64,000 nt of DNA from positions 11,423,891 to 11,487,890 of the forward strand of contig NC_092564.1 of assembly GCF_037975245.1 (NCBI RefSeq), read 5' to 3'. The DNA comes from Apostichopus japonicus. Lineage: Eukaryota. The position numbers and the translations under genes are program-made. Below, piece by piece: positions 59,701-64,000 of the stretch. The notes beneath the pieces are model-generated. The model searched no databases, was not told where the DNA came from, and saw only the letters and a program-made list of their open reading frames with translations. Position 1 is the stretch's first letter. Each line of letters opens with the position of its first letter.

Positions 59701-62700
59701 AATGCCTGCTTGTGAAAAGGATTATGGTAGTATTAACAATTCTTTTAAAATTGTGTGCACGTCCATTGTATTAACACATTCTTTCTCCAATTATGCAAAT
59801 TAAACTGTGAAAACATTCCATGATTGGATAATGAGTCACCAATTAGCGAACAAGGGAAAGGTTTTATTGCTGCCTTTTTTTAAATTGTTTTTAAATTCTG
59901 GGTTAAGTTTTTAAGTAACTGCGTTGGGCACTATTTACCCTTTTATGATATGGATAATGGAACCAGCGTTGAGTGAAAAGTAATACCCAGTTTGGGTAAA
60001 GTCTTACCCAACAGTTTTGAGAGTGTACATACCCATACGGGGATGCATAAGGACGGTGGGGAGGTATTTACGTGTGCAACGCCAAACCAAAATCGGTAAA
60101 AAGTTTTAAACTGAGTCATTCTAAAGTAAACCTGTTTAGTTTCAGTAAGTGTAAGTCTTTTCTGTGTACAAACCTCTGATAACCTTTCTTTACTTTTCAA
60201 CCAGGATCTAACGAGAATGTTGACAATATAATCACGTCCATGAAGGAAAAACTGTCAGAAATAGAAGAGGATCGTAAGTACCCACCCCCTTACCTCTGCA
60301 CCAAGGGGCAAGACCACACTTTGTGCTCAACTTCGAAGTTTATTTTCGAGGTGGAATCTTATACTTACCAACACAGCCAAGCTTATATATATGTAGTGTG
60401 CACATCAGTAGCTTGCTGACTTTAAGGAATGTTGTTTTGTAATCCTACTGCAATGTCATTAGAATGTATCTTGGTGGTTGAATTTACATTTTCGATATAA
60501 AATCAATGCTTTTGATGAAACATTTCAACTTCTGTTATCGCGGCATATAAGGAATGCGGAGGGAAGAGGAGGGAGGGGGGGGGGGGGGGCTAGCGGAGTG
60601 TGAAGGAGGGTGAAGATGGGGAACTAATATAGTGATTCAATTGTTTCGAACTTATCTATTCTTTTGCTTACAAGGGCATCCTTTAAAATATCTTTACATT
60701 CTATACTTTGTTTAGATAATATATAAGTATACATATTTCTATGAATACTTTCAGAATTATTTTTTCTATATTATTTACTTGACAGAGAAGGAAATTATGC
60801 GATACGTAGGCCAGATTGAGGTCCTCATGGATTACCATAGACTAGTTCATCAACCTCATGAGTACGTCAATGATATTCGTCTGACGTCCCTGTTATCACA
60901 ACGACTAAATAAACTACTGGAATTACCTACTACATCAGACAATGAACACGTATAGACGGAAAGACCGCAATCTCCCAGAAATCTGACAAAAAACAGACGG
61001 GTATACTATACCGGATGATCGAGAAGAAAGGAGAAACGTGGCTTCGCTTCAATTCCTGACTTTTACCTTACACTCTCAAGCCGATAATTCATAGACTTGT
61101 ATTTGTATGACTATGCTCAGCAGGATATTAAATATATTAAATATATGCATAACTTACACAAAAAGTGCAGTATTTGTTAAGCATTGAAACATTAGAATAA
61201 ATTTTGTACCCCAAATTATCTTCCAATTTTCCCGAAACAATCACATAAATTAGAGTAGGAGTCTTCGAGTCGGTCAGTGACAACACCCAACTCCCTGGGC
61301 CTCCATTCTTCTGTTCCTTGGTGTGTAGATAATCCCGCGGATGGGTAAGTCGATTTTCGATAAGGACATTTTCCATACTGCACTTGATGTCTCGCTTCAA
61401 AGCACTGGTACTGACAGTATGAGCGTGTACGAGTATCGTGTTTAACATAATGAAGGTTGTGGGAACTGTTGACGCTGACGAGTGCTTTAAAGCATGAGAG
61501 AACAGTATAGAGTGGGTATATACTAGCACTGGAAAATTATCCCAAACCGGCTGAATTTAATGACAATGACGGACAATTTATTTCCAGCAATTCTGTACAA
61601 TACATGAATGTTTAACAAAGCATAAACGAATATTTTTGATATAACAATACAAAAACTAGAGAGACAGCTATACAAAGATAAGAAAAACATTCATCATGAT
61701 CATTTATATACAATATTTAAGCTATAAAAATGCATGGAAAAGGGGAAAAAAAGAAACGCTATGCTTATATAATGTTTTCCCCATTTGAATATAATAAATA
61801 TATACATATACTGGAGAGAAATTGGTGAAAACATTATAACACAAACTCCATAACAAAAATTAATTTTAAAAAATTGACATGAAATTTAATTTTATGTTAC
61901 ATTATATCAAGTCGGTTCCGCTGTATGCCTTCATCCTATGAAACCACAAAGAAAAAAGAAAAAAAAAACGATTTATACTGGGTTTAGGCATTGGTGCTCT
62001 ATCGTTTTATATCAAGTTAATAAATATACAGGGAAGTGCTTTACGATAAAATTGCAAATATTCAATTAAACTTAATACTTAGTGACATCATTGCCATAAA
62101 TTCGATTCTTGATGTATATAAATAACAACAACTTGAAACTGTTTTTTTTTTATTTAGTAGGTCATCTGCCATTAAAAAGTCTTCCATTCACATAGAATAT
62201 CAAATATCATTATATATATACCATATGGTTCGGCTTAAATTAAAAGTTCAAATAGTATGGCAGTTTATACCTGCATCTATTGAAGTGTGATATTGTTGCC
62301 CTCGCTTTCATTTCAAATTGTCTTATTGAGGAATAACAAAATTGAGCAAAGACACCTACATGTGTAACTGCTTGACCATGTAGGATATTTGGGTTCGCAA
62401 AGCAAAGCCTTACACAGTCTTTTTTTTCCAAAAATATTTTTGTAAGCTTTTCTTTTTAATTAGATGAAATCGACAGCTTTCATAACATTGAATGTTGTTC
62501 TAACTTTGTTAAATAATATATGATTTAGCAACAGTTAATTAAATGGGGGAACGAATCGTAATAATATTTTCGAGGCTCTCTTGGTGGAAAGCATTTGGCA
62601 AATGCACAATCATTATACACGAGGGCGTTTAATTTGTAGAATAGTTTCTAGTTTGCTTACAACCAAAACTTCAAGTTATCGTTGATTTGTGGGGACACAG

Positions 62701-62751
62701 TGTGGGGATACAGCGCCGAGGCTTACACAACGAAGGGCGATGTTTGGTACA

Positions 62752-62805
62752 GTGGCACACCGTGGCACACCGTGGCACACCGTGGCACACCGTGGCACAC
62801 CGTGA
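62752..62805. repeat. 10-bp tandem repeat (CACCGTGGCA) x 5.
   Basis: Read in sequence. Confidence 0.9.
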
Positions 62806-63494
62806 CATATATATGCATTCAATATCGTCTATGTAATTATATTTATATTTTGTGTTGTTGTTATTTTTATTATGTGTGTTTTGTAAAGATGCTGTTATTT
62901 CTATGATTTACTTCATGATGTGTTTTGCCCTTGACCGTGATTTTCGAAGCACAATGAAATTGAATAATTTTCCTTTTACTCGCATTGTATAGGCTAAGTT
63001 TCGAAATGTTTTGTTAAAATTGATTAAATTTAGTAGTTATTACTAGTAATTAAATTATGAACTTAATAAATGTATACAAAACCGAACGAACGTTTTCATA
63101 TGCGAATGTGAATGGTTGAGATTTAAATCTCAAATAAATCATCAAGATAAAAAATATATAAGAAAAGTTCTAGTTTCTATATGATATCATGCATGTTATA
63201 GGCTACACCTCTGGGAAAGCAATACTTTCAAAACAAGCTAAGTAGCATATTGATTTAATTGCGTCCTGCAGGACAGAATAATGTCCTTATAGAAGGATTG
63301 AGATTGCGCTATTTTTACTTACACGTTCATTCATCTCGTTGTCGATAACATTAACCGCAGGCGACCCTCGGCGAAGTGTTTGACGATGATAAAGGAAATA
63401 TATGCATACTGTGGATGTGTGTATTCACGCCTAAGCTCTGCAATTGTGATAACAGGTGCGTATCCAGGGGGGCGTTGGGGGCGCGCGCCCCCCG

Positions 63495-63650
63495 GGTAAG
63501 GAAAAGAGGAGAGAAAAAGAGAAGAAAAAGGGAAAAGGAGGGGAAAAAGAGGAGGAGGAGAGGAAGGAAGGGAAAAGAAGAAGAAGAAAAAAGAGAGAAA
63601 AAGGAGAAAAGGAGGGAGTAGAAGATAGCCAAGACTTCGGGAAGAGAAAG
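63495..63650 (+). repeat. About 150-bp polypurine (GA-rich) tract on the + strand, a mirror-repeat-rich potential H-DNA/triplex former.
   Basis: Almost exclusively A/G from ggtaaggaaaagaggagag... to ...ggagggagtagaag. Confidence 0.85.
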
Positions 63651-64000
63651 AGGAACAGTCATAGTTAAAGCGCTGATCCCTATTATATACACAGGGTAGC
63701 CAGTGACAAATCAAGGATTACGGGGGGAGGGGTGTGCGCCTCACCCTACCCCTTACACCGACAACTCCATTTTTGACGTTTCCATGTTCCTCTCTTACTA
63801 ATGTATCTATATAAATACTATATATGGTCTATCATAACGCGTGTGTGTGTATGGATGCCTAAAACAATTGTACAATTGTGCTATATGGAACCAACTGTGG
63901 CTGGTCTTGAACTCGACGGGGTCGTCGGGAGCATGACGCATTTCGGGAAGGGGGCGACCGCCCCCCCCCGAGCAAATTTTCTTTATGACATCGCTAGTAA

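Noticed and set aside
63351-63714. K/E/R-rich and S/L/F-rich ORFs at the window end (e.g. 63376-63621 MFDDDKGNIC...KRRRRGRKGKEEEE).
   Set aside because: They are translations of the ~150-bp polypurine/polypyrimidine tract in different frames. There are no splice context or homology.
1-64000. A prokaryotic defence system, CRISPR array or operon, as the task framing suggested.
   Set aside because: The sequence is clearly eukaryotic. It has spliced genes with GT-AG introns, WD40/NACHT/TROVE metazoan proteins, minisatellites and MITEs. The tandem repeats have no spacer diversity or cas context. Nothing supports a prokaryotic system.

Overview
This window is eukaryotic (metazoan) genomic DNA, not prokaryotic. 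There are no CRISPR arrays, operons or defence islands. Two convergent, spliced protein-coding genes fill most of it.

(1) The 3' part of a methionyl-tRNA synthetase gene (MARS1-like, + strand). It has nine coding exons at 156-8247, ending in a C-terminal WHEP-like lysine-rich tail and a TAA stop at 8245-8247. All splice junctions were read directly as polypyrimidine-AG acceptors and GTAAG-type donors. The exons sum to 1449 nt in frame.

(2) An apparently complete ortholog of telomerase/vault protein component 1 (TEP1) on the - strand, 13367-48433. I resolved 49 coding exons with phase-consistent junctions, summing to 8055 nt (2684 codons plus stop). The domain order is N-terminal TROVE region, lysine/acidic tract, DUF4062 (VRVFISSTFKDMHGERDLL...DLRWGVTEE), NACHT NTPase (P-loop GQQGCGKSAF, Walker B FVIIVDGLDQL, ESPFNNQ motif) and a long WD40 array ending ...GDHLGQVYILEF*. 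One intron uses a GC-AG pair (GCAAGT donor). One TROVE-region exon carries a lineage-specific RG/RGG-rich insertion.

The rest is repeat-rich. Several ~60-120 bp minisatellites with higher-order periodicity sit immediately next to splice sites. One of them is a tandem array of about seven copies of the MARS1 exon-3 acceptor, each followed by an in-frame stop. A splice-donor duplication sits in TEP1 intron 2. Upstream of TEP1 is a MITE graveyard built from one hAT-like family with CAG(G/T)GGCGTAGC terminal inverted repeats and G-run palindromes. Two complete copies have perfect 8-bp target-site duplications; there are several solo ends and fragments. The same region holds a 1433-bp tandem duplication joined at a 7-bp microhomology. 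Other items are a 43-bp-arm hairpin element, (TA)n, (GT)n, (CACCGTGGCA)5 and a ~150-bp polypurine tract.

No novel prokaryote-style biological system is present. The most unusual features are the splice-site-adjacent duplications and the MITE family. Taxon: probably an invertebrate deuterostome with an amphioxus-like repeat landscape; this is inference only. Coordinates were derived by hand and may be off by a base or two at some junctions.
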